Assembly (NCBI GenBank): GCA_037381445.1
Contig: JARRQT010000001.1
Span: forward strand, 1-19,537
Source: Calditrichia bacterium
GTDB lineage: Bacteria; Calditrichota; Calditrichia; RBG-13-44-9
Direction of reading: 5' to 3'
DNA: 19,537 bases
Of this stretch, positions 1 through 8,485 are shown piece after piece (the first letter of the stretch is position 1; the number at the start of each line of letters is the position of its first letter). The notes below the pieces were generated by a model that had not been told where the DNA came from, did no database searches, and was given only the letters and a program-made list of their open reading frames with translations. Both the position numbers and the translations under genes were made by a program.

Positions 1-47
1 AAAAATATGAGAAGGGGAACAAGAAAGACAATATTGAAAGGTTTCAT
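1..47 (-). CDS. N-terminus of a probable exported/membrane protein (runs off window start)
   Basis: ATG at 47-45 overlaps the polyprenyl synthase stop (ATGA coupling). Manual translation MKPFNIVFLVPLLIF... has a basic residue followed by a hydrophobic stretch, like a signal peptide. Only 15 codons are visible. Confidence 0.5.
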   Translation of the reverse strand, partial: MKPFNIVFLVPLLIF

Positions 48-1021
48 TTCTTCCGTTGGATTACAAATTCAGCTAACTCTTCAAGAACATTGCGCGCCTG
101 GGTTTCCGGTAATTTTCTTAATTCCCCCACCGCCAGGTTCTTGAAATAAATGGCCTTTTCTTCAGCGCGATGGATGCCGTCATATTTATTTACAAAGTCA
201 ATGATTGAGGAGATCTCTTTTCTTTTGACGCCGTTTTTCAGCATCCGGATCACTTCTTTCTTTTCACCCGAATCGGCCTTTTGAAATGCATAGAGAAGGG
301 GGAGGGTAATCTTTTTATCTTTCAGATCGTTCCCCACCGGTTTGCCCAGAATACCGGGCTGGCTCTGAAAATCGAGGAGATCATCCTTTATCTGAAACGC
401 AATGCCGAGATTTTCCCCAAATTTCTTCAGAATCTCCCGCTGCTCCGGATTTGCATCGGTCGTCAGGGCGCCCAGTTCACAACAGGCCGAAATCAGCGAG
501 GCCGTTTTGTCAGCTATCAACTGGAAATACTCTTCTTCTTGTATGTTCAGTTTTCGGGATTTCTGGATTTGCATCAGCTCGCCTTTACTCATTCGCTTGG
601 CGACAGTGGCGGTTATGTTCATCAACTCCAGGCTTCCGATCTCTGTGGCAATAATCAGCGATTTTGCCAGAAGGTAATCACCCATCAGAATGGAAATTTT
701 ATTTTTCCAGATCTTGTTGATAGTTGGAAAACCGCGGCGCAACTCTGCTTCATCCACTACGTCGTCATGCACCAGAGTGGCGGTATGTAATAATTCAACA
801 ACCACCGCAGCAAGATAGCTTCTTTCCGTCGGTTCCGAGATCGTTCTGGATGCAACCAGCACCAGCATAGGCCGCAATTGTTTACCCTTTCGCCGCACCA
901 TATAGCGAGCTACTTCATCGACTATCCGAACATTGGAAGCCATCGATTTTTTAAAATATTCCTGGAATGCGTCTAAATCCTGGCCGAAAGATTTGAATAT
1001 TCTTTTTACTTTTGAGGTCAT
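44..1021 (-). CDS. ispB: Long-chain trans-polyprenyl diphosphate synthase (IspB/HepT family)
   Basis: 325 aa. GKQLRP motif, first Asp-rich motif ELLHTATLVHDDVVD..RRG, KTA motif, second motif AFQIKDDLLD, GKPVGNDL. The small residue (Ala) five positions before DDxxD fits a long-chain product. Confidence 0.9.
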   Translation of the reverse strand: MTSKVKRIFKSFGQDLDAFQEYFKKSMASNVRIVDEVARYMVRRKGKQLRPMLVLVASRTISEPTERSYLAAVVVELLHTATLVHDDVVDEAELRRGFPTINKIWKNKISILMGDYLLAKSLIIATEIGSLELMNITATVAKRMSKGELMQIQKSRKLNIQEEEYFQLIADKTASLISACCELGALTTDANPEQREILKKFGENLGIAFQIKDDLLDFQSQPGILGKPVGNDLKDKKITLPLLYAFQKADSGEKKEVIRMLKNGVKRKEISSIIDFVNKYDGIHRAEEKAIYFKNLAVGELRKLPETQARNVLEELAEFVIQRKK

Positions 1022-1111
1022 TAAATAATCAGCAGCGTTTTCCGTTAGAATAATTTTATTTGAATTTAAACAGCCGTAATTTTTACGCCGGAAAATATCA
1101 TTGGTTTAATT

Positions 1112-1894
1112 CTATGATTCTTTTTCAGTTATAGCAGTTGACTCTTCAGATTCCATTTCCATTCGCGCTTTTTCAATCTTTCCTTTTTTCACCCACGCTG
1201 AAATGAAGATGGAAAATTCATACAACAGAATTAGCGGTATCGCCAGCATAATCTGCGTGAAGGGGTCGGGAGGCGTAAAAATAGCCCCAAGAATGAAAAT
1301 AACCACGATTGCGTGCCGGCGGTATTTTCGCATGATTTCCGGCGATAGTATGCCCATTTTGCTTAAGAAATAACTGAGAATAGGCAGTTCGAAAATGATT
1401 CCGAAAACAAACAGAAGCCGTATGATGAAACTGATATAAAAATCGATGGCGATGTTGGTTTTAATTGTGGTTGGGGCTAATCCCAGGAAGAAGTTCAAGG
1501 CAAAGGGAATTATCAGGAAATAGGCAAAAGCGACGCCCGCCAAAAACAGCAGTGTTGCCGAAAAAATGATTCGGGGAACATAGCGCCTTTCATGATTATA
1601 TAATCCGGGTGCAATGAACATCCAAATTTGGTAGAGAATGAAAGGGAGGCTGACCAGGATTCCGCCAAAAAATGCAACCTCCAAAGTCACCATAAACATG
1701 CCCTGGACTTTCAACACCTGTATGTCCATGGGTATTTTTACATGGGAGGAAGGCCACATCAGAACAAGCAGAAGCTGCTTCGAGAAAATAAGGCACAAAA
1801 GTGCGCCGACAATTAAGCCGACCAGCGCTTTGATAATTCTGTTGCGGAACTCTTCGAGGTGTTCTAAAAACGGCATTTCCTTATCTTGATACAT
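1112..1894 (-). CDS. tatC: Twin-arginine translocase subunit TatC
   Basis: 260 aa. MPFLEHLEEFRNR N-terminus, YQIWMFIAPGLY.HERR, FELP, and AIFTPPDPFTQIMLAIPLILLYE motifs; 6 hydrophobic segments. AAGGAGG lies upstream (1909-1915). Confidence 0.97.
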   Translation of the reverse strand: MYQDKEMPFLEHLEEFRNRIIKALVGLIVGALLCLIFSKQLLLVLMWPSSHVKIPMDIQVLKVQGMFMVTLEVAFFGGILVSLPFILYQIWMFIAPGLYNHERRYVPRIIFSATLLFLAGVAFAYFLIIPFALNFFLGLAPTTIKTNIAIDFYISFIIRLLFVFGIIFELPILSYFLSKMGILSPEIMRKYRRHAIVVIFILGAIFTPPDPFTQIMLAIPLILLYEFSIFISAWVKKGKIEKARMEMESEESTAITEKES

Positions 1895-1913
1895 AAAAAC
1901 GAAACCGACCTCC

Positions 1914-1951
1914 TTAAAAAAATAAAAATCCCCTAAATATAAGGGGATTTT
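1914..1951 (-). terminator. Intrinsic terminator after rnfA
   Basis: Perfect 10-bp inverted repeat AAAATCCCCT (1925-1934) / AGGGGATTTT (1942-1951) with a 7-nt loop, followed on the minus strand by a T-rich tract. Confidence 0.75.
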
Positions 1952-2007
1952 CTATGGAAATAAACTAGCATTTTATTCCGGGTGTTTAAAAAAACATTTG
2001 CGACATT

Positions 2008-2667
2008 CTATTTTACATTCATTCCGGCGAATCCGAGAAAAGCGATTGACATCAGTCCGGCTACTATAAAGGCAATCGGCAGGCCCCGGAATGGCTTGGG
2101 AATATTGGCGAGTTCCAGTTTTTCACGGATACCCGCCATTAGGATCAGAACCAGTGTAAAACCAAGGCCGGAGGCAAAAGCCTGAACCAGGGTGTTGATG
2201 AAACTGTTGTGCACCGGAAGACCCTCTGCAAAAAACATATCGATATTCAAAACTGCAACACCTAAAATTGCGCAGTTCGTGGTGATTAGCGGCAGATAAA
2301 TTCCCAATGCCTTGTACAGTGTCGGGCTTGCCTTTTGAATATACATTTCAATGAACTGAACCAGGGCGGCAATGACCAGGATGAATACGATGGTTCTCAG
2401 GAACGTCAGGTCCGGAATATGATCAATGGGGGTATGAAAAATGGCATAAAAGACACTATTGTATGTGGGGGCCAGGAAGAAATTAAAAAGCAGCCATGTC
2501 ACCAGAGAAGCAAGAGTCATAACAAAGGTCACGGCCATTCCCATGCCGATTGCGGAGTCCAGCTGCTTGCTGACGCCCATATAGGGACATATTCCCAAAA
2601 ACCGTGAGAGAACAAAGTTGTTGATAAATATTGAAAGAATAATTATTTGAAAAATACCATATTCCAT
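2008..2667 (-). CDS. rnfA: Rnf electron transport complex subunit A
   Basis: 219 aa. INNFVLSRFLGICPYMGVS, LYKALGIYLPLITTNCAILG, IREKL, P.PFRGLPIAFIVAGLMSIAFLGF; both Fe-S-ligating Cys present. Confidence 0.95.
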   Translation of the reverse strand: MEYGIFQIIILSIFINNFVLSRFLGICPYMGVSKQLDSAIGMGMAVTFVMTLASLVTWLLFNFFLAPTYNSVFYAIFHTPIDHIPDLTFLRTIVFILVIAALVQFIEMYIQKASPTLYKALGIYLPLITTNCAILGVAVLNIDMFFAEGLPVHNSFINTLVQAFASGLGFTLVLILMAGIREKLELANIPKPFRGLPIAFIVAGLMSIAFLGFAGMNVK

Positions 2668-2670
2668 TTC

Positions 2671-3300
2671 TTATCCCCTCTGTGATTGTTTTTTGCGGGC
2701 ATCAAACCAATTAAGCGCGCCCAGATAAATGCCAATAACCAGAAATGCTCCGGGAGGAAGAATCATAAGCAAAACCGGCTTATACCCGTTTCCGAAAAGC
2801 GTATGACCGAGGATTTGACCGCTTCCCAGAATTTCCCGTAGCAAAGCGATGGAGCTAAGCGCAAGTGTAAACCCAATCCCCATCCCGATGGCATCGGCAA
2901 TGGAGGGGAGCAGCGGGTTTTTGCTGGCAAATCCTTCGGCCCGGCCAAGGATAATACAGTTGACCACGATAAGAGGAATAAAGATTCCCAGAGAGGCAGA
3001 AAGCGCCGGGAAGTAGGCAGACATCACCATTTCCACAATGGTTACAAAGGATGCGATGACCACGATGAACACCGGAATCCGGATTTTGTTCAGACTCTTC
3101 AGCCCTTCTTCGGAAAGAATTTTAGCAAACATGATCATCAGCAGGGATACCATAATGTTTGAACTGAGCAAAACGAAAGTTGTGGCCGCCCCCATTCCGA
3201 TGGCGTTCGTAATTGAGGTGCTGGTTGCCAGGGTAGGGCATAATCCCAGGGCCAGCCGAAAAGTCGGGTTTTCTTTATAAATACCTTTTAAAAATTCCTT
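2671..3300 (-). CDS. rnfE: Rnf subunit E; the homologous frame extends to 3300 but has no start codon (5'-damaged as assembled)
   Basis: The frame upstream of the ORF-track Met (3195) reads KEFLKGIYKENPTFRLALGLCPTLATSTSITNAIGM, the canonical RnfE N-terminus. It is directly preceded by an in-frame TGA (3303-3301). Downstream motifs IRIPVF, FIPLIVVNCIILGRAE, LLREILG, LPPGAF are present. Confidence 0.9.
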   Translation of the reverse strand, partial: KEFLKGIYKENPTFRLALGLCPTLATSTSITNAIGMGAATTFVLLSSNIMVSLLMIMFAKILSEEGLKSLNKIRIPVFIVVIASFVTIVEMVMSAYFPALSASLGIFIPLIVVNCIILGRAEGFASKNPLLPSIADAIGMGIGFTLALSSIALLREILGSGQILGHTLFGNGYKPVLLMILPPGAFLVIGIYLGALNWFDARKKQSQRG

Positions 3301-3787
3301 TCAATTGGCTGACTGTTTTTCCGTCAAATTGGCGGGTGCTCCAGTGTTTGCCGTGAAACGGCTGGCTGTCAACAGATTTGGCACCCAACCCGGGTGTTTC
3401 CTTTTGCGATATGATTTTGATCTGCTTGATATGACCAGTTGTATCGATGCCCACCATTGTTTCAATGATGCTGCTGTAGCCGCTGCCAAAAGCTTCGAAA
3501 GCGTATCCCGTCAGTTGTGTTGTATCGGGATTGGCATATCCCTTATAATAGAGAACTTCTTTCTTTTCATAAAGCACTTTGCCCTGATTGTCCTTCACCG
3601 GGACACTCTGCTCTACCGGGACCATCAGTTTTGCCTGGGGAAGGACTGCCTTAAGAGCAGCTTCGGTTGCGGCTTTTTTCTGAAGTTCAATGATCGGTTT
3701 CGTCACACTGTAAATTTCAGCCAGAATGAAGGCGGCAATACCGGTGACAATAGTGAGAATTATACTGAGTCTGAGGATGTTATTCAT
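3275..3787 (-). pseudogene. rnfG: Rnf subunit G, C-terminally truncated (lacks the FMN-attachment [S/T]GAT motif)
   Basis: N-terminal TM helix, G.GYSS.I..MVGID..G.I, ISQKETPGLG and QFDGK are RnfG-like. After QLK it reads GIFKRYL* (an alternative frame of the rnfE 5' sequence), with no D.I[ST]GAT..S.AV segment. Confidence 0.8.
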
Positions 3788-4827
3788 TGCTTCACCTCCC
3801 CAAATACTTTGGGTACTGTGTATCGATCAATTAGGGGAACGGCCAGGTTCATTAATAATATTGCGTAACTCACACCTTCGGGATAGCCGCCCCATACGCG
3901 GATGGCGACGGTAAGGATGCCGAGTCCCACGGCAAAGATGTAGTGTCCTTTGGCGTTAAGCGGCGATGTCACCATGTCCGTTGCCATATAAAAGGCGCCC
4001 AGGATCAAGCCGCCGGAAAGGATGTGAAAAATCCAGTTGCCTGTAAAGAGGCCTTCCGTTCCACCGAAAATCCATGCGAACAGGGCCACCGTTCCGATAT
4101 AAGTGAACGGGATTCGCCAGTCGATCACCCGGCGATAAAACATGATGAGCGCGCCAACCAGCAGGGCAATCACAGAAGTCTCGCCGATACAGCCCCCCAC
4201 ATTTCCGACCAGCAGGTGTGTGTAGCTGCTGGATAGTTTGGCGATGGCTTCCTGGGCTTGCTGCACCTGTGCGGGATCATAATTACTGGGATTGGCAATA
4301 ATTTTTGCAGATTGTTTTAAAAGATTCAGTGGGGTGGCGCTGGTGATGGCGGCGATTCCAGAGATGGTGCCTCCTCGCGGAGATGTCCAATTTGCGGTCA
4401 TGTCCACCGGCCAGGATGCCAGAAGGAATGCGCGCGCTGCCAGGGCCGGATTCAGAATGTTGTATCCCAGTCCTCCGAATAGCTCCTTTACGATAGCGAT
4501 TGCGAAAACCGATCCGATGACCGGCATCCACCAGGGGACAGAGGCTGGAAGGTTAAATGCCAGCAGCACGCCTGTGATGACCGCCGCGCCATCGTGAACG
4601 CGAACCGGCTTCTTGCCCAGCTTTTGAATGATACCTTCTGTTACAACCGCTGCGGCTATGGACAGCAAAGTAACCCATAATGCCTTGAATCCAAAAAAAT
4701 ACACTGCCATAACCAATGCCGGAATCATGGCGACATTCACTGTCCACATAATTTTCGAAATGGAATCGGTATCCCGTACGTGCGGCGAAGAGGTTACAAC
4801 GAAGAGTTTCTCGGTTGCTTCACTCAT
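3784..4827 (-). CDS. rnfD: Rnf subunit D
   Basis: SSPH, DG.A.ITG.LLA.NLP, K.LFGGLG.N.LNPAL, FMN-Thr motif ITSATPL, GCIGETS, GA.YMATD.VTSP, GGYPEGVSYAILLMN. ATG at 4827 chosen over TTG at 4833. Confidence 0.96.
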   Translation of the reverse strand: MSEATEKLFVVTSSPHVRDTDSISKIMWTVNVAMIPALVMAVYFFGFKALWVTLLSIAAAVVTEGIIQKLGKKPVRVHDGAAVITGVLLAFNLPASVPWWMPVIGSVFAIAIVKELFGGLGYNILNPALAARAFLLASWPVDMTANWTSPRGGTISGIAAITSATPLNLLKQSAKIIANPSNYDPAQVQQAQEAIAKLSSSYTHLLVGNVGGCIGETSVIALLVGALIMFYRRVIDWRIPFTYIGTVALFAWIFGGTEGLFTGNWIFHILSGGLILGAFYMATDMVTSPLNAKGHYIFAVGLGILTVAIRVWGGYPEGVSYAILLMNLAVPLIDRYTVPKVFGEVKQ

Positions 4828-4917
4828 ATTCAATACTCGCTTTTCTTTTCCTTAATGTAATGGTAACTCAAGTAATCTTCCTGCTCGGGCTGACGATACA
4901 AATGGTCGTTCCGGTCA

Positions 4918-6243
4918 TCACCCGACTTTGCGACGCATTTCCAGCACTTTTCGTTTCCCGAAACGAATTTCATGCAATAGCCGTCGATTGGCGGGGCATA
5001 TAAATGAACATGATCCGCATTCAATACAATCCATAATGTGCAGATCTTCTGCTTCCAGGGTCTGGCCGTGACTCACCAGCATCTGCAGGGCTGTGGGCAT
5101 GAGATGGGACGGGCAGACCTCCACGCAGCGGCCGCAGCCAATGCAGGGATCTTCTACCGGCAGATGTGCCTGATCTTCTTCCAGCACCAAAATTCCGGAT
5201 GTTCCTTTTACAACGGGTACCTCCAGGTTCGGCTGGGGGAGTCCCATCATAGGGCCGCCCATAATTATTTTCGCCGCCCTTTCAGTCAGGCCGCCGCAGA
5301 AGTCGACAACATCCTGAAATTGTGTTCCGATTGGCACCAGAAGGTTTTTGGGTTCTTTTACTCCCGGCCCGGTGACGGTGACAATCCGGTGGGTTAAAGG
5401 TTTGTGAGAAGAGACCGCCTCAAAAATAGCTTTTGCAGTGCCCACATTTTGCACAACCACTCCCACATCCATTGGCAGACCGCCGGAAGGAACTTCGCGT
5501 CCCAGCGCGGCCCGAATCAATTGTTTTTCCGCTCCCTGGGGATATTTAACCGGAAATACGGCAACCTCCATCCCGGCTTCATTTTTAACCAATTTATGCA
5601 TGGTCTGAATTGCATCGGGTTTGTTGTCCTCAATGCCAATGATACCGCGTTTGACGCTCAGAATTTTCATCATGATCCGCAAACCGTTGACGATATCCTG
5701 GGGCTGTTCCAGCATCAACCGGTGGTCAGCGGTGAGATATGGTTCGCATTCGGCGCCATTCAGAATGGCAACATCGATCTTTTTGTCCGGGGGAGGAGAT
5801 AATTTTACATGGGTAGGAAATGTTGCGCCCCCCAAACCGGCCAGTCCGGCTTCTTTGATGCGGCTAAGCATCTCCGAAGCGGGCAAATCCATGTAATTGT
5901 CTTCAAACTTGATAGCATCAGTCCAACTGTCCTCTCCATTCCCTTCAATGACAATTGCTTTCCCTTTTCCCGAGACGGGATGGATGATGTCCAGGATGCC
6001 TGTAACGGTGCCGGAGATAGACGCATGCACCGGTGCGGAAACAAAACTGTTAACTTCGGCGATTTTCTCCCCGGCTCTCACTTCCTGTTTCTTTTCTACT
6101 AACGGATTGGTGGGAGCACCGATATGCTGCTGTAGCGGAATATAAACGCTCTTGGGATTGGGTAAAATTTCAATACTTTTCTTTTCTGTAAAACTCTTTC
6201 CTTCAAAAGGATGAATGCCGCCGACAAATGTTTTCTTTCTCAC
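4918..6243 (-). CDS. rnfC: Rnf subunit C (NADH/FMN, 2x[4Fe-4S])
   Basis: 441 aa, GTG start. TFVGGIHP, QHIGAP, GLGGATFPTHVKL, NGAECEPYLTADHRLM, KYPQGAEKQLI, GGPMMG, CIGCGRCVEVCP and CIECGSCSFICP. Confidence 0.97.
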   Translation of the reverse strand: MRKKTFVGGIHPFEGKSFTEKKSIEILPNPKSVYIPLQQHIGAPTNPLVEKKQEVRAGEKIAEVNSFVSAPVHASISGTVTGILDIIHPVSGKGKAIVIEGNGEDSWTDAIKFEDNYMDLPASEMLSRIKEAGLAGLGGATFPTHVKLSPPPDKKIDVAILNGAECEPYLTADHRLMLEQPQDIVNGLRIMMKILSVKRGIIGIEDNKPDAIQTMHKLVKNEAGMEVAVFPVKYPQGAEKQLIRAALGREVPSGGLPMDVGVVVQNVGTAKAIFEAVSSHKPLTHRIVTVTGPGVKEPKNLLVPIGTQFQDVVDFCGGLTERAAKIIMGGPMMGLPQPNLEVPVVKGTSGILVLEEDQAHLPVEDPCIGCGRCVEVCPSHLMPTALQMLVSHGQTLEAEDLHIMDCIECGSCSFICPANRRLLHEIRFGKRKVLEMRRKVG

Positions 6244-6527
6244 AATTTTTACCTTCTTCTATGAATTACCGACTTTCAATTTCACAAAACAGCATTGGCG
6301 AAAAATATATCAAAGTTATTGCATGATTTTCAAGCCTTTTTTATAAAAGTGAATTCCACAAACCCATATAAAAATATTGGAACAGAAAGCAGAAGTCGAT
6401 AAAAATTGAAGAGCCCCAATCGGGAATTTATCATATATTGATAATATTGGTTGTTTTTATGTTGGATTTGAGATTTATTAATTGAGGTTCGATAACAAAT
6501 GAGTATAAGAAGATATATACATATCTG
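6244..6527. promoter_or_regulatory. AT-rich divergent promoter region between the rnf operon and yitT
   Basis: 284-bp AT-rich spacer between divergently oriented genes. Inverted repeat AGATAT-N4-ATATCT at 6511-6526 abuts the yitT start. Exact promoter elements are not resolved. Confidence 0.5.
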
Positions 6528-7382
6528 ATGGAAGATAAAAAATTCGATCTGGGGTGTCTTCTCAGAGATATCATCTACGATGTCGCCGGTTCTGTGTCCC
6601 TCTCCCTTGGACTGGTTTTTTTCCTCATTCCGAATAAAATTGCGACCGGCGGTGTCGCCGGACTTTCTATTGTGCTTCACTATCTGATCGGCCTTCCCAC
6701 CGGATCCATTATGCTGGGCCTCAACATACCTCTATTATTTATTGGCCTGAAATATCTGGGAAAATCTTTTCTGGCCCGGACTATCATTACCGTATTTGCA
6801 GCCTCATTCTTCACAGACTTTTTTTCCATTAATCTTCATTTTCAGGCGCTGACTCATAACCTGATGCTGGCAACCTTGTACGGCGGTCTGCTGGTCGGGC
6901 TGGGATTGGGTTTAATATTTAAAGGAGATGCCTCTGCCGGAGGCGGGACAATTCTCGCCCGGGTCATTTCCCGCAAAACCCGTTTTAAGACCGGGCAGGT
7001 TCTTTTTACCTTGGATTTGCTGGTCATCAGCTCTGCTGCGGTCACTTTTCAGAATGTTGAACTGGCGCTTTGGGGCGGCATTACCATCTTTATTTCCTCC
7101 CAACTGGTGGATCTGATTCTGACCGGAAAACCATTCGCCAAAGTTGTGCAAATCGTTACTAATGAAGTCGATCAGATAGGCGAACATATTATCCAAGACC
7201 TGTCCCGCAGTGCCACCATCATTCACGCCAAAGGACTATACTCCGGTGAACATAAAAAACTGATGATGGTGGTGGTCGATTCAAGCCAGATTTCCCGCCT
7301 GCGGGATCTGGTCCGTTTACATGACCCTGCCGCATTTATGATTGTGATGGATGCAAAAGAGATTTTGGGCCAGGGATTTTGA
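6528..7382 (+). CDS. YitT-family (DUF161/DUF2179) membrane protein
   Basis: 284 aa. P.KIATGGVAGLSI, NIPLLFIG, LYGGLLVGLGLGLIF...ASAGG, C-terminal DP.AFMIV.DA.EILG.GF. Confidence 0.9.
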   Translation: MEDKKFDLGCLLRDIIYDVAGSVSLSLGLVFFLIPNKIATGGVAGLSIVLHYLIGLPTGSIMLGLNIPLLFIGLKYLGKSFLARTIITVFAASFFTDFFSINLHFQALTHNLMLATLYGGLLVGLGLGLIFKGDASAGGGTILARVISRKTRFKTGQVLFTLDLLVISSAAVTFQNVELALWGGITIFISSQLVDLILTGKPFAKVVQIVTNEVDQIGEHIIQDLSRSATIIHAKGLYSGEHKKLMMVVVDSSQISRLRDLVRLHDPAAFMIVMDAKEILGQGF

Positions 7383-7485
7383 TGCCGAATGAGCAATGGT
7401 TCATTTATTTGTAATTGCATTTGCATGATGTGAAATCTAAATTCGAAAATTATTTAAGGAAAGAATTACAGGATTAAGATTTTAT

Positions 7486-8211
7486 ATGGGAAGCTCTTTT
7501 TTTATCTCTGATGTTCATCTGGGGACCCAGCATTCCAGAGCTGAGCGCTTAAAGGAAAAACGTTTGATTTCTTTTTTAGATCATGTAGCCCAGTATGGTG
7601 ACCGCCTTTTCATTGTTGGCGACCTGTTCGATTTCTGGTTTGAATACCGCTCGGTTATTCCCCGTGGATACACAAAGATTCTCTGCGCTCTTTCCCAATT
7701 GAATGAATTGGGAAAGGAATTGCATTATATTGCGGGAAATCATGACTTTTGGATGCGTGATTTTCTGCAAACAGAATTCAACATTCAGATGCATTTCAAT
7801 GATTTTGAATATACCCTTGGGAATGAACGGCTCTATATTTTTCATGGTGACGGACTGGCGAAGAATGATTGGGGGTATCGTTTGTTGAAACGGATATTTC
7901 GAAACAAGATAAATATTTTTCTTTACAGCCTGATTCATCCCGATATTGGTATCCCGCTGGCCAAGTGGGTTTCTTCTCTCAGCCGGGAACACACCCAGGG
8001 GGACAATCCGCCCAACGACAAGGATTATTTGGAAAGGGCGATTCAGAAATTTGAAGAGGGATACGATTACGTTATTTTCGGGCATCTGCATTATCCAAAA
8101 GTTCAGCACTACGGTCAAAAGATCTATATCAATTTAGGTGATTGGATTGATCATTTTACTTATGCTGAACATGATGGCGAGAGCCTGAATCTCCTTACCT
8201 GGAGAGGCTGA
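7486..8211 (+). CDS. lpxH: UDP-2,3-diacylglucosamine diphosphatase (LpxH-like calcineurin-family metallophosphoesterase)
   Basis: 241 aa. ISDVHLG, GDLFDFWFEY, GNHDFW, HGDG, FGHLH, YINLGDW motifs. Confidence 0.85.
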   Translation: MGSSFFISDVHLGTQHSRAERLKEKRLISFLDHVAQYGDRLFIVGDLFDFWFEYRSVIPRGYTKILCALSQLNELGKELHYIAGNHDFWMRDFLQTEFNIQMHFNDFEYTLGNERLYIFHGDGLAKNDWGYRLLKRIFRNKINIFLYSLIHPDIGIPLAKWVSSLSREHTQGDNPPNDKDYLERAIQKFEEGYDYVIFGHLHYPKVQHYGQKIYINLGDWIDHFTYAEHDGESLNLLTWRG

Positions 8212-8392
8212 TGGGCACAGGCTGGAATGTTAGTGTATTCATCATTAAATTGAATAGATTGGGGTCTGTCTTCAGATCAAACCTCTGTTTAGAAAGCCTG
8301 CTTTCGCGATGGAATAGAATTTTTGATAATTGCTAAAGCTTGCCGCAAATTTGCCGTTTATTATTATTGAGTTATGATTGTAAAATCATTTT

Positions 8393-8437
8393 GCACCCCG
8401 GTCTTATCCTGCCCTCCGGACCGGGGTGTGCTTTTTT
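8393..8437 (+). terminator. Probable intrinsic terminator
   Basis: GC-rich 10-bp stem CACCCCGGTC (8394-8403) / GACCGGGGTG (8419-8428), 15-nt loop, T6 at 8432-8437. Confidence 0.65.
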
Positions 8438-8485
8438 CCGCCCAAATCACATTCAAAATAAAACAAAGGAAAATTTATCAACCTA

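Noticed and set aside
4868..4918. 16-aa micro-ORF (MTGTTICIVSPSRKIT) coupled to the rnfC stop
   Set aside because: Too short, with no recognisable motif; TGATG can arise by chance from the tandem TGA TGA stops.
6270..6365. Rex-like half-sites (TTCACAA at 6281-6287; AAGTGAATTCCACAA) upstream of rnfC
   Set aside because: No complete TTGTGAA-N4-TTCACAA palindrome at the correct spacing.
6330..6680. 116-aa minus-strand ORF upstream of rnfC, considered as a possible rnfB
   Set aside because: It has no Cys clusters, overlaps yitT antisense and has low-complexity AT-rich composition.
8206..8300. Hammerhead-like CTGATG...GAAA and fluoride-riboswitch-like words
   Set aside because: The core reads CTGATGG rather than CTGANGA, and the required stems and pseudoknot are not in place.
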